From the IMG/VR virus record IMGVR_UViG_3300031565_000128: 39,901 nt of DNA. One strand, given 5' to 3'. Position numbers and translations under genes: made by a program. This DNA is from a virus. Shown here one piece after another: positions 1 to 7,418 of this stretch. The notes under the pieces were generated by a model. The model had not been told where the DNA came from and ran no database searches. It was given only the letters and a program-made list of their open reading frames with translations. The first letter of the stretch is position 1. Every line of letters begins with the position of its first letter.

Positions 1-127
1 TCCCGTTGGTTCACCTAGAAGTGCCTCCATGTCAGCCCTGCTGAGCTGCTCCCCTGATGGCGTGATATAAATGTCATTCTCTTTAATCTCCCACTTCTCA
101 GGGGTGATAAAGCTGATGCCATAGCCT
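1..127. repeat. Terminal direct repeat, copy 1 (identical to 39775..39901)
   Basis: Base-by-base identity read directly: tcccgttggttcacctagaagtgcctccatg...gctgatgccatagcct occurs at both ends. Confidence 0.95.
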
Positions 128-396
128 CTCTGAGCCTCATTCGGTGTCATCTTCAGCATATACCCCTCGCTAAGAGACAAGCCCATCTGGGCAGCTTCCG
201 ATGGAGTAAAGAAAAGCTCTTGGGTAGGGAATGTAGTCGCCAGCCTACGTTGAGATATGGTCTCCGTAAGCTGGGGGTAAAGCTCCCTCATGTCTTTCAA
301 GGAAGTCCCATATTGAGACAATAACCGCTCAATCTGTAGTTGCTTGGACTGCCCGTATTGCTGAAGTAAGCTCTTAGCGTCTAAGTTAATGGCCAT
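1..396 (-). CDS. Giant virion-associated protein, N-terminal 132 codons (continues across the circular junction into 33973..39901)
   Basis: ATG at 396..394 (MAINLDAKSLLQQYGQSK...). Manual translation shows no stop down to position 1. The frame is the same as ORF 33973..39804 (396-30=366, divisible by 3). The start overlaps the stop of the upstream 51-aa ORF. Confidence 0.6.
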   Translation of the reverse strand, partial: MAINLDAKSLLQQYGQSKQLQIERLLSQYGTSLKDMRELYPQLTETISQRRLATTFPTQELFFTPSEAAQMGLSLSEGYMLKMTPNEAQRGYGISFITPEKWEIKENDIYITPSGEQLSRADMEALLGEPTG

Positions 397-536
397 TCGG
401 TCTTACCTTGCTCCTTCTTTGCTCGCATCATCTGAAGTAAATTGGGCTTTCCTTGTGGTTTAGCCTGTTCTGGCTTTTGTTCCAGCACCTCTCTATATTC
501 TTCTAGATATTCCTTAATGCCATATTTCTCTGTCAT
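381..536 (-). CDS. Small hypothetical protein (51 aa, not in ORF track)
   Basis: ATG 536..534 forms an ATGA overlap with the portal stop (535..533). Translation is MTEKYGIKEYLEEYREVLEQKPEQAKPQGKPNLLQMMRAKKEQGKTEWPLT, stop TAG at 383..381. It fills the only gap between the portal and giant genes. Confidence 0.4.
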   Translation of the reverse strand: MTEKYGIKEYLEEYREVLEQKPEQAKPQGKPNLLQMMRAKKEQGKTEWPLT

Positions 537-2242
537 GTCTCAGACTCCTCAGTTCCAGGTCTCGGCGTTCCCTTGGCACCTGTTCCCCCCTTCTCTAAAA
601 GAGGCAACAGGTCTTCTTGCTTTGGCTGTTCCCTCTTGCCTTCTACCGGGCTTAGCTGTCCTAGATTTTGCCTTTGTATCAAGATAGTCTTAATTCGTTG
701 CATCAAGGTCTTAGCTTCAAGTTCCATTATCTCTTTCTCAATCCCAGTCTTGACTTCTGCTTGACGCAAGAAGCTAAGTCCCTTATTGAAGAGGAATAAG
801 ACCTCATCTGTGTTTTCGGCTTGTTGTACTTGAAGCTCAAACTTCATGCCATCGGGGTCCTGCACCTTCAGGATTTCTCGCAGAATATAGTCATCGGATA
901 CTACCCCGCGCAAAGCCTTGGCCAACGTAGCGTCGGCAGCCGCTTGTTCCTTTGATAACAGGTGGAATTGATAGGTAATGGAAAACTCACCAGCAAAATC
1001 ACTCGGGCTGTATGTATTGTAGCCTCCTGGCCGTCCTAGCTTTATGGTCTGGTTGAATTGCACACACTGGTCAATAATCATCCTTGAAAGAGCCTGGTAG
1101 AATGAGGCAATCATGGACAGTATCGGAGCGAAGATGTCATTGCGCGCACTGATAAGGTTCATTATAGCCACTGAGGACAGTGGGAAGGTGAGAGTCCCAT
1201 AGTCTAAGGGTGTCAATTCACCCCTCTGCAAGCAAGTTTCTATTATCGAGTAGAGCAGCCTGGTAGTACTCTTAATATCGTTGACAGGCAATTGTCTGAA
1301 CCCTCCACCTATCTCTGTTTCTATTACCACATCTTCCTGAAAAGGTGATTCCTCTGGCTTCTTGCCATGGTCAGGACTATTTGGACTTCTTTGAATCTCC
1401 AATCCCCCCTTCAATGCCTTCCTGCTCAGCGTTTTAAGAATGGTAACAATCTCATTTTTCTCTTTCCATAAATCACGATTAGGCCAGAAGATACTCTCCC
1501 CGTCATGCTCCATGGCATCTTCCGTATTGAACATGCACCCAATCGGACACTTGGCAATGACAAACGGCGGGTATTTATAAGAGTTAACCTCTTCTTGGGC
1601 TATCGTCTTTTCAATAAAAACTAATTCCTTCTCAGCATTCCAGAAGTCAATGACCTGGTTTCCGGTATCCTTTAGCTTAACTTTGAAATCTGGGTAATCC
1701 CTTTCAACCTGAGACTTTGAGCGGCTGCAAATCGGAGCTCCCCACACCATGCCATCAGCGCTTGTGTCAAAGGGAAGCCATCTCGTATCAAACGGCACAA
1801 CATCGGGAACTATGCTTCCCTGCCCGTCCAGTTTTATAGCTGAGCGAGCTCCTATTCTCCCCCGATTACACGCTTGCTCATTGATAAAAGCGTCCAAGCT
1901 AGGAATCCCCCGTTTTGGAAGCCACTCATTCACCATATATAAAATATCGTCCACAAATTTCTCAATCTTGGTTGTCTGCTTATCGGTTAGATCATTACCC
2001 TCGATGACTGTTTGCTTCTGATAACTACCCGTAATAGCAATCGCCTTTTTAGAATAATTCAGAGGGTCGGGTAGCGTAACATTCGATACGTCTTTCTCAT
2101 CCGCTTTACCATCCAGAGTTCTCATCTTGAAGGGTTTAAGCAGATACAAGTCCTCGTCCTCATCCATGCGGTCAAGGAGAGGCTTCATCTCCTTTAGCTT
2201 GCTCTGGACTAGCTTATACTCTTCTCTGTTTTCGTCAGACAT
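533..2242 (-). CDS. Putative portal protein
   Basis: 569 aa, downstream of terL in the packaging/head module. Size is portal-like and the C-terminal tail is charged. SD AGAGGAG lies before the ATG. Assigned by synteny and size, not by a verifiable motif. Confidence 0.55.
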   Translation of the reverse strand: MSDENREEYKLVQSKLKEMKPLLDRMDEDEDLYLLKPFKMRTLDGKADEKDVSNVTLPDPLNYSKKAIAITGSYQKQTVIEGNDLTDKQTTKIEKFVDDILYMVNEWLPKRGIPSLDAFINEQACNRGRIGARSAIKLDGQGSIVPDVVPFDTRWLPFDTSADGMVWGAPICSRSKSQVERDYPDFKVKLKDTGNQVIDFWNAEKELVFIEKTIAQEEVNSYKYPPFVIAKCPIGCMFNTEDAMEHDGESIFWPNRDLWKEKNEIVTILKTLSRKALKGGLEIQRSPNSPDHGKKPEESPFQEDVVIETEIGGGFRQLPVNDIKSTTRLLYSIIETCLQRGELTPLDYGTLTFPLSSVAIMNLISARNDIFAPILSMIASFYQALSRMIIDQCVQFNQTIKLGRPGGYNTYSPSDFAGEFSITYQFHLLSKEQAAADATLAKALRGVVSDDYILREILKVQDPDGMKFELQVQQAENTDEVLFLFNKGLSFLRQAEVKTGIEKEIMELEAKTLMQRIKTILIQRQNLGQLSPVEGKREQPKQEDLLPLLEKGGTGAKGTPRPGTEESET

Positions 2243-2253
2243 AATTACTCCTC

Positions 2254-2514
2254 TTAATGCCTCATAAAGTAATCTACAACAGCTACAATGGCAGCAATAA
2301 CTAACCCGGCGGCGCCACCGATCCCTGCTGTCTGCCTCTTGCTCAGGCCGTTCGAGTTCCCTATTCCTACCTTGATAGTTGCTAGTTCTGTGCTATGCCT
2401 ATTGACAGTTTCAGATAATCCCGTGAAGGTTTTCTTCAGGTCGCGTATATCTACCTCCATGTGCTCTGTTCTTTCGTCTATTCTGGCTACCATTGCTTCT
2501 AAACCGTCTTGCAT
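2254..2514 (-). CDS. Tail-anchored coiled-coil membrane protein (XhlA-like architecture)
   Basis: Preferred start is ATG 2514 with SD AAGGAGG 7 nt upstream (the track start 2538 lacks one). About 60 aa are charged/helical, followed by a C-terminal TM segment GIGGAAGLVIAAIVAVVDYF. Confidence 0.5.
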   Translation of the reverse strand: MQDGLEAMVARIDERTEHMEVDIRDLKKTFTGLSETVNRHSTELATIKVGIGNSNGLSKRQTAGIGGAAGLVIAAIVAVVDYFMRH

Positions 2515-2525
2515 AGTGAGCCTCC

Positions 2526-3833
2526 TTAGTATTTCCAAACCTGGGTTTTCTCTTGCTGTGGTATAGTCTCCGGGGTGAAATCGCTGGCGATATATCTCAG
2601 TGAAGCTAAAAGATGGTACCTAGATTCGTCTTTGATGACATTCGTTGGTTTATTTTCCTCGTCAAGTTTCCACATACAGTTAGCTATCTCGGACAGAACC
2701 ATCCACAGGTCATCGAAAATGTGAATCCTGTTCAACTCCATTAAGGCAATCGTTCTATCTATCTGAACATTTACCCTGGTAAGCATAGGTGCTACTATTT
2801 GCCAGCCATGAGAGGTATAGGATTGCCTTATCTCCTCCTCGGTGGTGACATTCCCCCCGACACTCCGTTTGACTTTGTAGTCATTAGTAAGGTCCTTGAA
2901 GTTTTGCACATGTTCAAATGTAGAGGCACTACCCGGACAATACTCTCTGAAAATCACAAAGTCCCCTTGCCTTACCTGACTTCGTGTTGATGTTACCGGC
3001 TCATCTGGCCCTGGATTCCTTGCGAGAAACAAAGCTGCTGGGTTAGCACTGCCGAAGTCATGCCCACTATACACAGGCCAAATTTTAGGAATGTCGAATC
3101 GCTTAATCTTCATTAGTGACTCATTGAATTTGCCGTAAACGAGCCACGATAGTTCAATCTCATCATCCTCAGCCATAATCTCCTGGCGATAGGATTTCTG
3201 GCTCATATCCCTTGTGATTTCCTCTAATGCCTCATGGGTAATTACTGGATTATCATGGCTGGTGAAGTGAAGGCATAACCACCGGGGATCGTCTTGCTTA
3301 TCCTTGAACATCTTAGAGGCATGGCGTGGATCCTTAGCTTTCGAGATTCCCGCCATCCTCAGGGATGGAGGCGTATAGGAAAACACAGCATCCCCGTTAT
3401 TATCAAGCAACATCGGAGCCCCTACTTGTTCCCAAGCATCCTCACTCATTAGTTGCCATTCGTCCAGGTATAAATCATCAGCGTAGTCACCGCGTAGCGT
3501 ATCGGCGTTCCAAGCTGTTTTTGCCTTGATTCTCTGCTTTGTTCCTGGTACCTCGATAAAGCGCTCTGATTCGTTCTTAACCAGTACCTTAGCGTTTACC
3601 GGCTCACTCAAGGACCGACAGACCTCATACCAGAAAGCATCTGTTTGCTCACTCGTTGGTGCAGCATACAACTGCCTTCTTCCCTTCAAAAACCTCTCAA
3701 CAGCACGAATGGCAAGACCAACCGTTTTACCACTCCTCCGCCCTGCTCGAACTATGATTCGCTTCGCATCGGAATGAACAAACTTAACTTGTTCAGGGTG
3801 TGGTTCCAGGAGTTTTATCCCATACTCGCTCAT
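2526..3833 (-). CDS. terL: Terminase large subunit
   Basis: Walker A is VRAGRRSGKT and Walker B is DLYLDEWQ, followed by the SYTPPS coupling motif. C-terminal nuclease-like acidic motifs are GHDFG and IKDESRYH. Confidence 0.9.
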   Translation of the reverse strand: MSEYGIKLLEPHPEQVKFVHSDAKRIIVRAGRRSGKTVGLAIRAVERFLKGRRQLYAAPTSEQTDAFWYEVCRSLSEPVNAKVLVKNESERFIEVPGTKQRIKAKTAWNADTLRGDYADDLYLDEWQLMSEDAWEQVGAPMLLDNNGDAVFSYTPPSLRMAGISKAKDPRHASKMFKDKQDDPRWLCLHFTSHDNPVITHEALEEITRDMSQKSYRQEIMAEDDEIELSWLVYGKFNESLMKIKRFDIPKIWPVYSGHDFGSANPAALFLARNPGPDEPVTSTRSQVRQGDFVIFREYCPGSASTFEHVQNFKDLTNDYKVKRSVGGNVTTEEEIRQSYTSHGWQIVAPMLTRVNVQIDRTIALMELNRIHIFDDLWMVLSEIANCMWKLDEENKPTNVIKDESRYHLLASLRYIASDFTPETIPQQEKTQVWKY

Positions 3834-4149
3834 ATATCACCTTGAATATTATTGGCCCATCTGGAGTAATCGGCTGAGTAACCTTGCCTTCTGTGCGTTC
3901 AAGTATTATGTTAAGAGCAAAGTCGCTCTTCTTAGCCCGCTTTATCAGACTATCAGCCAGAATGTCAGCTAAGGTCACAGCGTCCAGTTCGCCTCTAGCC
4001 AGCCTCTCTCTCAGAGCCTCGCTGACATACTTGATATTTGGGGGGCGCCCCTTCGGGTTTCCTGATTCCCCTGGCTTCCATGCTTTTTTGAGGTTTGCCA
4101 GGGAGTTCGGATTCTTGCCAGTGGCATATTTAGATTTCGGTTTCGCCAT
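3793..4149 (-). CDS. Putative terminase small subunit / DNA-binding packaging protein
   Basis: 118 aa with a basic N-terminus carrying the SGNPKGRPP motif, which is common in small proteins encoded directly upstream of terL. It overlaps the terL start by 41 nt. Confidence 0.5.
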   Translation of the reverse strand: MAKPKSKYATGKNPNSLANLKKAWKPGESGNPKGRPPNIKYVSEALRERLARGELDAVTLADILADSLIKRAKKSDFALNIILERTEGKVTQPITPDGPIIFKVIYERVWDKTPGTTP

Positions 4150-4210
4150 CTTGCTCCTCTAAGGTGGTCCCGTCCTCTGTCCAAGTAAAGTTACCGTTAA
4201 ATTCCATTTT

Positions 4211-5095
4211 CTATCCTATGATATGCGTGAACCTCCGCACAGGTCTTAACCAGGGAAAAGAACAGCCGGGGTTATCCGCACCATCCCCTGTTATCTCTTT
4301 AAGATAGCTGTCATTCAAGTCAACATTTACAGGGGAATCAGCACCTTGCCACTCATTGCGATTATCAACTACGGCAAACACCTGATTAACTCTAGCGTCC
4401 CAGAAGCCCCAATCCATAGGTTGTTTTTCGCCCCATGTCATACAGGTTAAGCCATTCTCATCCCATCCGGTAAGACAATGAGGACAGTCGTGGTGAGCAT
4501 CCATATAAGAGAAACCATAAACCCCATGCCCACCCTCAAGAGTGCCATTATGTCCAGTCAGATGCCAGTATTCATCCTTCCTGAATTGGTCAATATCAGT
4601 AGAGAAAACCTGCATAGCAAAGAAAATGCCCCGGAGTAGATAGATGGCATATTTAATAGCTACATGGTCTCTAGGTTCAGCGCCGGCGAAGCTATAAATT
4701 GTGTATATCTTACCGCCAAATTCCAGACCATGATTCCGCCAATCTTTCATGGCGTAAGTGGCATACAAGCCAGAATCAGCACCGCCAGTCTCTCGGAGAT
4801 ATTCGGCAATGACTTCCTGATCGGTTATCTCTATCTGAATACCTTGCTCAAACTTTTCCAGCGTAAGAATAAAGTGAGCAAAAGCAGCTTTAACACAATC
4901 CCCATATTGGTTATTCCCAAACATGAAATTGTCCTGAACCCCGCCTACTGCTGCGTGGGCATCCCATTCAGTAGGCAAAGGCGGCAACTCTTTAAGCCTT
5001 AGAATAGCGCGAAGTGGTATGGTCCTAAAGTCTATGATGGGTTTGCCATCATCCTTTAATCCTGGCTTAAATATAAAGTTTTTCCTGTCTGTCAT
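4211..5095 (-). CDS. Papain-like (C1-type) cysteine peptidase, candidate endolysin
   Basis: NNQYGDCVKAAFAH matches the papain Q..G.CGSCWAF pattern (Q63, C67). LEGGHGVYGFSY matches HAV..VGY (H190). MTWGEKQPMDWGFW matches NSWG..WG..GY. The Cys-His spacing is about 123 aa. No signal peptide. It follows two small membrane proteins. Confidence 0.6.
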   Translation of the reverse strand: MTDRKNFIFKPGLKDDGKPIIDFRTIPLRAILRLKELPPLPTEWDAHAAVGGVQDNFMFGNNQYGDCVKAAFAHFILTLEKFEQGIQIEITDQEVIAEYLRETGGADSGLYATYAMKDWRNHGLEFGGKIYTIYSFAGAEPRDHVAIKYAIYLLRGIFFAMQVFSTDIDQFRKDEYWHLTGHNGTLEGGHGVYGFSYMDAHHDCPHCLTGWDENGLTCMTWGEKQPMDWGFWDARVNQVFAVVDNRNEWQGADSPVNVDLNDSYLKEITGDGADNPGCSFPWLRPVRRFTHIIG

Positions 5096-5096
5096 A

Positions 5097-5378
5097 TTAA
5101 CACCACCTTATAGTGATAACTCCAAGATAGTGAAGTAAGCCTAATATACCTTGACCTATGCAGAAGGTCAGGAAACTATCCCACCAATCTGAACAACCTT
5201 GTCTAGTTCCATCGCAATAGTCATTCCAGGCTTCCATGCCAGCGAACATTCCCATCATTCCCCATCCTGCAAGAATACCAAAGCACAAGATAAGAAAATC
5301 ACACAGAAAACCAAACGCCCAATGTACAGGAGTGGTATTCTTCCTTAATTGAAGCCACAGTGCTATTCTGCTGATCAT
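5097..5378 (-). CDS. Small membrane protein (holin/antiholin-like)
   Basis: 93 aa with 2-3 hydrophobic helices (FGFLCDFLILCFGILAGWGMMGMFAG and FLTFCIGQGILGLLHYLGVITI). It sits directly upstream of the peptidase, and its start forms an ATGA overlap with the upstream small ORF. Confidence 0.45.
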   Translation of the reverse strand: MISRIALWLQLRKNTTPVHWAFGFLCDFLILCFGILAGWGMMGMFAGMEAWNDYCDGTRQGCSDWWDSFLTFCIGQGILGLLHYLGVITIRWC

Positions 5379-5539
5379 TTAGTTAATTTCTGTATGCCCC
5401 TGGCGATAATCGGGAAACCCAAAAGTGCTCCGAATACGCCGGCGAATGAATAGCAGAGTTCCATCTGCCCTATCAACGCAAAGCTAACCGAAGCTACCAT
5501 TGAGCAACATATCCCTGCTACTTTTACTGCATCACTCAT
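5375..5539 (-). CDS. Small 2-TM membrane protein (holin-like; 54 aa, not in ORF track)
   Basis: ATG 5539 is preceded by SD AAGGAGGG. Translation is MSDAVKVAGICCSMVASVSFALIGQMELCYSFAGVFGALLGFPIIARGIQKLTK. Stop TGA 5377..5375 overlaps the next ATG (ATGA). Confidence 0.45.
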   Translation of the reverse strand: MSDAVKVAGICCSMVASVSFALIGQMELCYSFAGVFGALLGFPIIARGIQKLTK

Positions 5540-5552
5540 ACTTGCCCTCCTT

Positions 5553-5581
5553 AAATGCGAAAAGCCACCCGAAAGGTGGCT
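5553..5581 (-). terminator. Intrinsic terminator-like hairpin 3 of 3 (late leader)
   Basis: Minus strand reads AGCCACC-TTTCG-GGTGGCT followed by TTTCGCATTT. Confidence 0.55.
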
Positions 5582-5598
5582 CTAAGGTGATAATTCCC

Positions 5599-5623
5599 AA
5601 TAAAAAAGGCTGCTTTTGCAGCC
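5599..5623 (-). terminator. Intrinsic terminator hairpin 2 of 3 (late leader)
   Basis: Minus strand reads GGCTGC-AAAA-GCAGCC followed by TTTTTTATT. Confidence 0.7.
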
Positions 5624-5636
5624 CAAAATCAAACTA

Positions 5637-5651
5637 GGGCGAAATTCGCCC
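5637..5651 (-). terminator. Hairpin 1 of 3 (late leader), weak terminator or RNA element
   Basis: Minus strand reads GGGCGA-ATT-TCGCCC followed by TAGTTTGATTTT. Confidence 0.4.
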
Positions 5652-5665
5652 ACTGTCAAAATATC

Positions 5666-5695
5666 ATGGTATCATGGTGCTTTTATATTTGTCAA
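5666..5695 (-). promoter_or_regulatory. Putative late promoter (CACTTGACA -35, TGA-TACCAT extended -10)
   Basis: Minus strand has TTGACA at 5695..5690, an 18-nt spacer, and TGATACCAT with its hexamer at 5671..5666. The spacer and -10 region contain the direct repeat ACCATGAT x2. The same CACTTGACA-N14-TGA layout recurs at 18882 and 28825. Confidence 0.55.
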
Positions 5696-6159
5696 GTGGT
5701 TAAATGGGTGATATTTTTATCACTTTTTCTGGCATAACGGTGGTCTGCAACCCACTGAGAAAACTGGCGGTCTTTAGGTTTTCGAGTGATATAATAAAGA
5801 GCCGATTTAGCATCATCGCTGAGATATTGTATCTTCTCTCTTTGATAATCTTTGCATTCGGCTGATAATAACTTTCCCCTCCAGCCAGTTGCATCTAATC
5901 TGCTATAAACTTCAGCCAATAATGTTGATGCTTTGGTAAAGGCTGCCCAGCTCATGGATTTACCGGACATACCCCCGATTGCCGTTTCGTTTGGCTCAGG
6001 CCACTTTCTTCCCCTGATTATGTGCTCATATTTCAACAGCCAGAAAATATGCTGAGGGCAGAATGTAATATCCTGATAACCGAACCAGTCTTTTTCTCCC
6101 TCTGTCAAAAGACAGGTGTCCCAGTCCTTACATTCTCGGCAAGGCCTGAAGTCACTCAT
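5692..6159 (-). CDS. Hypothetical Cys-rich protein (candidate late-gene regulator, function inferred from position only)
   Basis: 155 aa with an N-terminal cysteine cluster (CRECKDWDTC...FCPQH). It is the last gene before the late promoter and terminators. Its start overlaps the upstream stop (ATGAGTGA). Confidence 0.6.
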   Translation of the reverse strand: MSDFRPCRECKDWDTCLLTEGEKDWFGYQDITFCPQHIFWLLKYEHIIRGRKWPEPNETAIGGMSGKSMSWAAFTKASTLLAEVYSRLDATGWRGKLLSAECKDYQREKIQYLSDDAKSALYYITRKPKDRQFSQWVADHRYARKSDKNITHLTT

Positions 6160-6346
6160 GCCACGCTCCCCTACCGGGCTTCCGCATCATTCTGCCGATT
6201 TCCTCGACATCTTCTAGCCTTGCTTCAAGGCAAATACCCCGCTTATCCTTCTTTGGCGGGATCCACTTCTTGCCGGTAAGCTGCCAGTAAATCTCGGGCC
6301 AGTTCTCTTTACTTTTTTCTGATAATAAATCTGTAAATCTAGCCAT
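6152..6346 (-). CDS. Hypothetical protein (64 aa)
   Basis: ORF that is translationally coupled to 5692..6159. No recognisable motif. Confidence 0.5.
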   Translation of the reverse strand: MARFTDLLSEKSKENWPEIYWQLTGKKWIPPKKDKRGICLEARLEDVEEIGRMMRKPGRGAWHE

Positions 6347-6383
6347 TGTTAAACTCTCGTTTAGTAACTCTTTCCCTTATTAA

Positions 6384-6424
6384 ACAAAAAAGACGAGTCC
6401 CGGGATTTCTCCCTGAAACTCGCC
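6384..6424 (-). terminator. Intrinsic terminator after the early/middle gene block
   Basis: Minus strand reads GGCGAGT...GGGAGAAATCCC...ACTCGTC followed by TTTTTTGTTT. It lies in a 126-nt intergenic gap. Confidence 0.6.
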
Positions 6425-6472
6425 TCCAGTTCCTAATGCTGGTCAGCTAATTTAGCTTAACTTTTTATCCAT

Positions 6473-6682
6473 TTAGCTTCCTTCCCCTGTGATTTCGCAT
6501 GGCACTTTTATATCACAATTAGATAAATTCCAGGTATCTCCTTCTTTCAGGTGTTCCACTACCCAAAATATCATAGGTTCTCCATCCGTGGTAACGCAAA
6601 CCTTTAATGTTACCTCCCTACCAATGATTTCAACTAGTTCGATAGATATTCCATCTCCGCTGAGTTGTATGTGTTTGTCCAT
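6473..6682 (-). CDS. Hypothetical protein (69 aa)
   Basis: ORF with SD GGAGGG. Its ATG directly follows the upstream stop. Confidence 0.5.
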   Translation of the reverse strand: MDKHIQLSGDGISIELVEIIGREVTLKVCVTTDGEPMIFWVVEHLKEGDTWNLSNCDIKVPCEITGEGS

Positions 6683-6892
6683 TTACCCTCCATTCACTAT
6701 TTTATCAAATCTAACTAGCTCTGTGCCAATTCCATCCTCGGTGACTACGACAATCTTCATGGGTTGACCGTCCACAAACTCAAGGTCTTTAATCCGACCG
6801 TGTGGGTGTTTCTCCCCCCAATCCAAGAGAGCCTTTTGTGCTCGAGTGAGTTTACAGTCTATTAGCTCCACGCCGGCCATCATTTTATTCAA
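6683..6892 (-). CDS. Hypothetical protein (69 aa; TTG start, or ATG at 6883)
   Basis: The track ORF starts at TTG, with AGGAG 6 nt upstream. Confidence 0.45.
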   Translation of the reverse strand: MNKMMAGVELIDCKLTRAQKALLDWGEKHPHGRIKDLEFVDGQPMKIVVVTEDGIGTELVRFDKIVNGG

Positions 6893-6925
6893 TCAACGCT
6901 CCTGTCTCCTGCTTTAATAGCTCCT

Positions 6926-7099
6926 CTAAACGATAAGTTTTGCCAGCCTCTCGTTGATTGCCTTTATTTGCTGCCTGACCATAACAACCTTGTGCTCCCA
7001 GTTGCGAGGCTTGTCCTTCTTGAGTTGCTGCTCTACTTTCTTGAGTCCAGCTCTCGTCTCTTGCAGCCTCTTGATTCTTGCTACCCTTGTTTCTTTCAT
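6926..7099 (-). CDS. Small coiled-coil protein (57 aa, not in ORF track)
   Basis: ATG 7099 has SD AGGAGAT. Translation is MKETRVARIKRLQETRAGLKKVEQQLKKDKPRNWEHKVVMVRQQIKAINERLAKLIV, stop TAG 6928..6926. Confidence 0.4.
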   Translation of the reverse strand: MKETRVARIKRLQETRAGLKKVEQQLKKDKPRNWEHKVVMVRQQIKAINERLAKLIV

Positions 7100-7112
7100 T
7101 GCTATATCTCCT

Positions 7113-7418
7113 TTAATAGCTCCTTAATATCTCCGCAATCCTCTCAATGTCCGCCGGTCGCCACACCCAAACCTCTTGCCCGCAGGCTTGGAGATCGTCA
7201 AATGTCTCTTGCTGCTCCGGTGTGAGTTTGCCATTCTCACTTTTTAATTCCGCGAAGATCACCCGCTTTTGTTCCTTGTTGATGAGTAACAAATCCAGCA
7301 TCCCCTTCGGACTATGAATTGATGACCAGGTAAATAGAAATCTCCACCCGAAGAGCCTGCACAGGTCCCGAACTTGCTCTCTCAGGTCTGCCTCGGTTAC
7401 TTTAATCTTGAAGTTCAT
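7113..7418 (-). CDS. VRR-NUC domain nuclease
   Basis: PD-(D/E)xK pattern GMLDLLL...IFAELKSENGKLTPEQQ, in a compact 101-aa protein typical of VRR-NUC. Confidence 0.75.
   Translation of the reverse strand: MNFKIKVTEADLREQVRDLCRLFGWRFLFTWSSIHSPKGMLDLLLINKEQKRVIFAELKSENGKLTPEQQETFDDLQACGQEVWVWRPADIERIAEILRSY

Noticed and set aside
1-127. The 127-bp terminal repeats as genuine phage direct terminal repeats or LTR-like element ends.
   Set aside because: A long ORF runs straight through the join. The length also equals a common maximum assembler k-mer. A circularisation overlap is the simpler explanation, though I cannot exclude the alternative without reads.
4150-4210. 25-codon mini-ORF (MEFNGNFTWTEDG...) in the gap between the peptidase gene and terS, running into the terS start.
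   Set aside because: It has no SD, is very short and overlaps the terS start out of frame. I treat it as non-coding spacer.
6912-6925. Exact 14-nt repeat CTTTAATAGCTCCT at 6912..6925 and 7111..7124.
   Set aside because: On the coding strand it reads AGGAGCTATTAAAG, which is a stop/SD-context sequence at two gene ends. A handful of 14-mer matches are expected by chance in 40 kb compared all against all.
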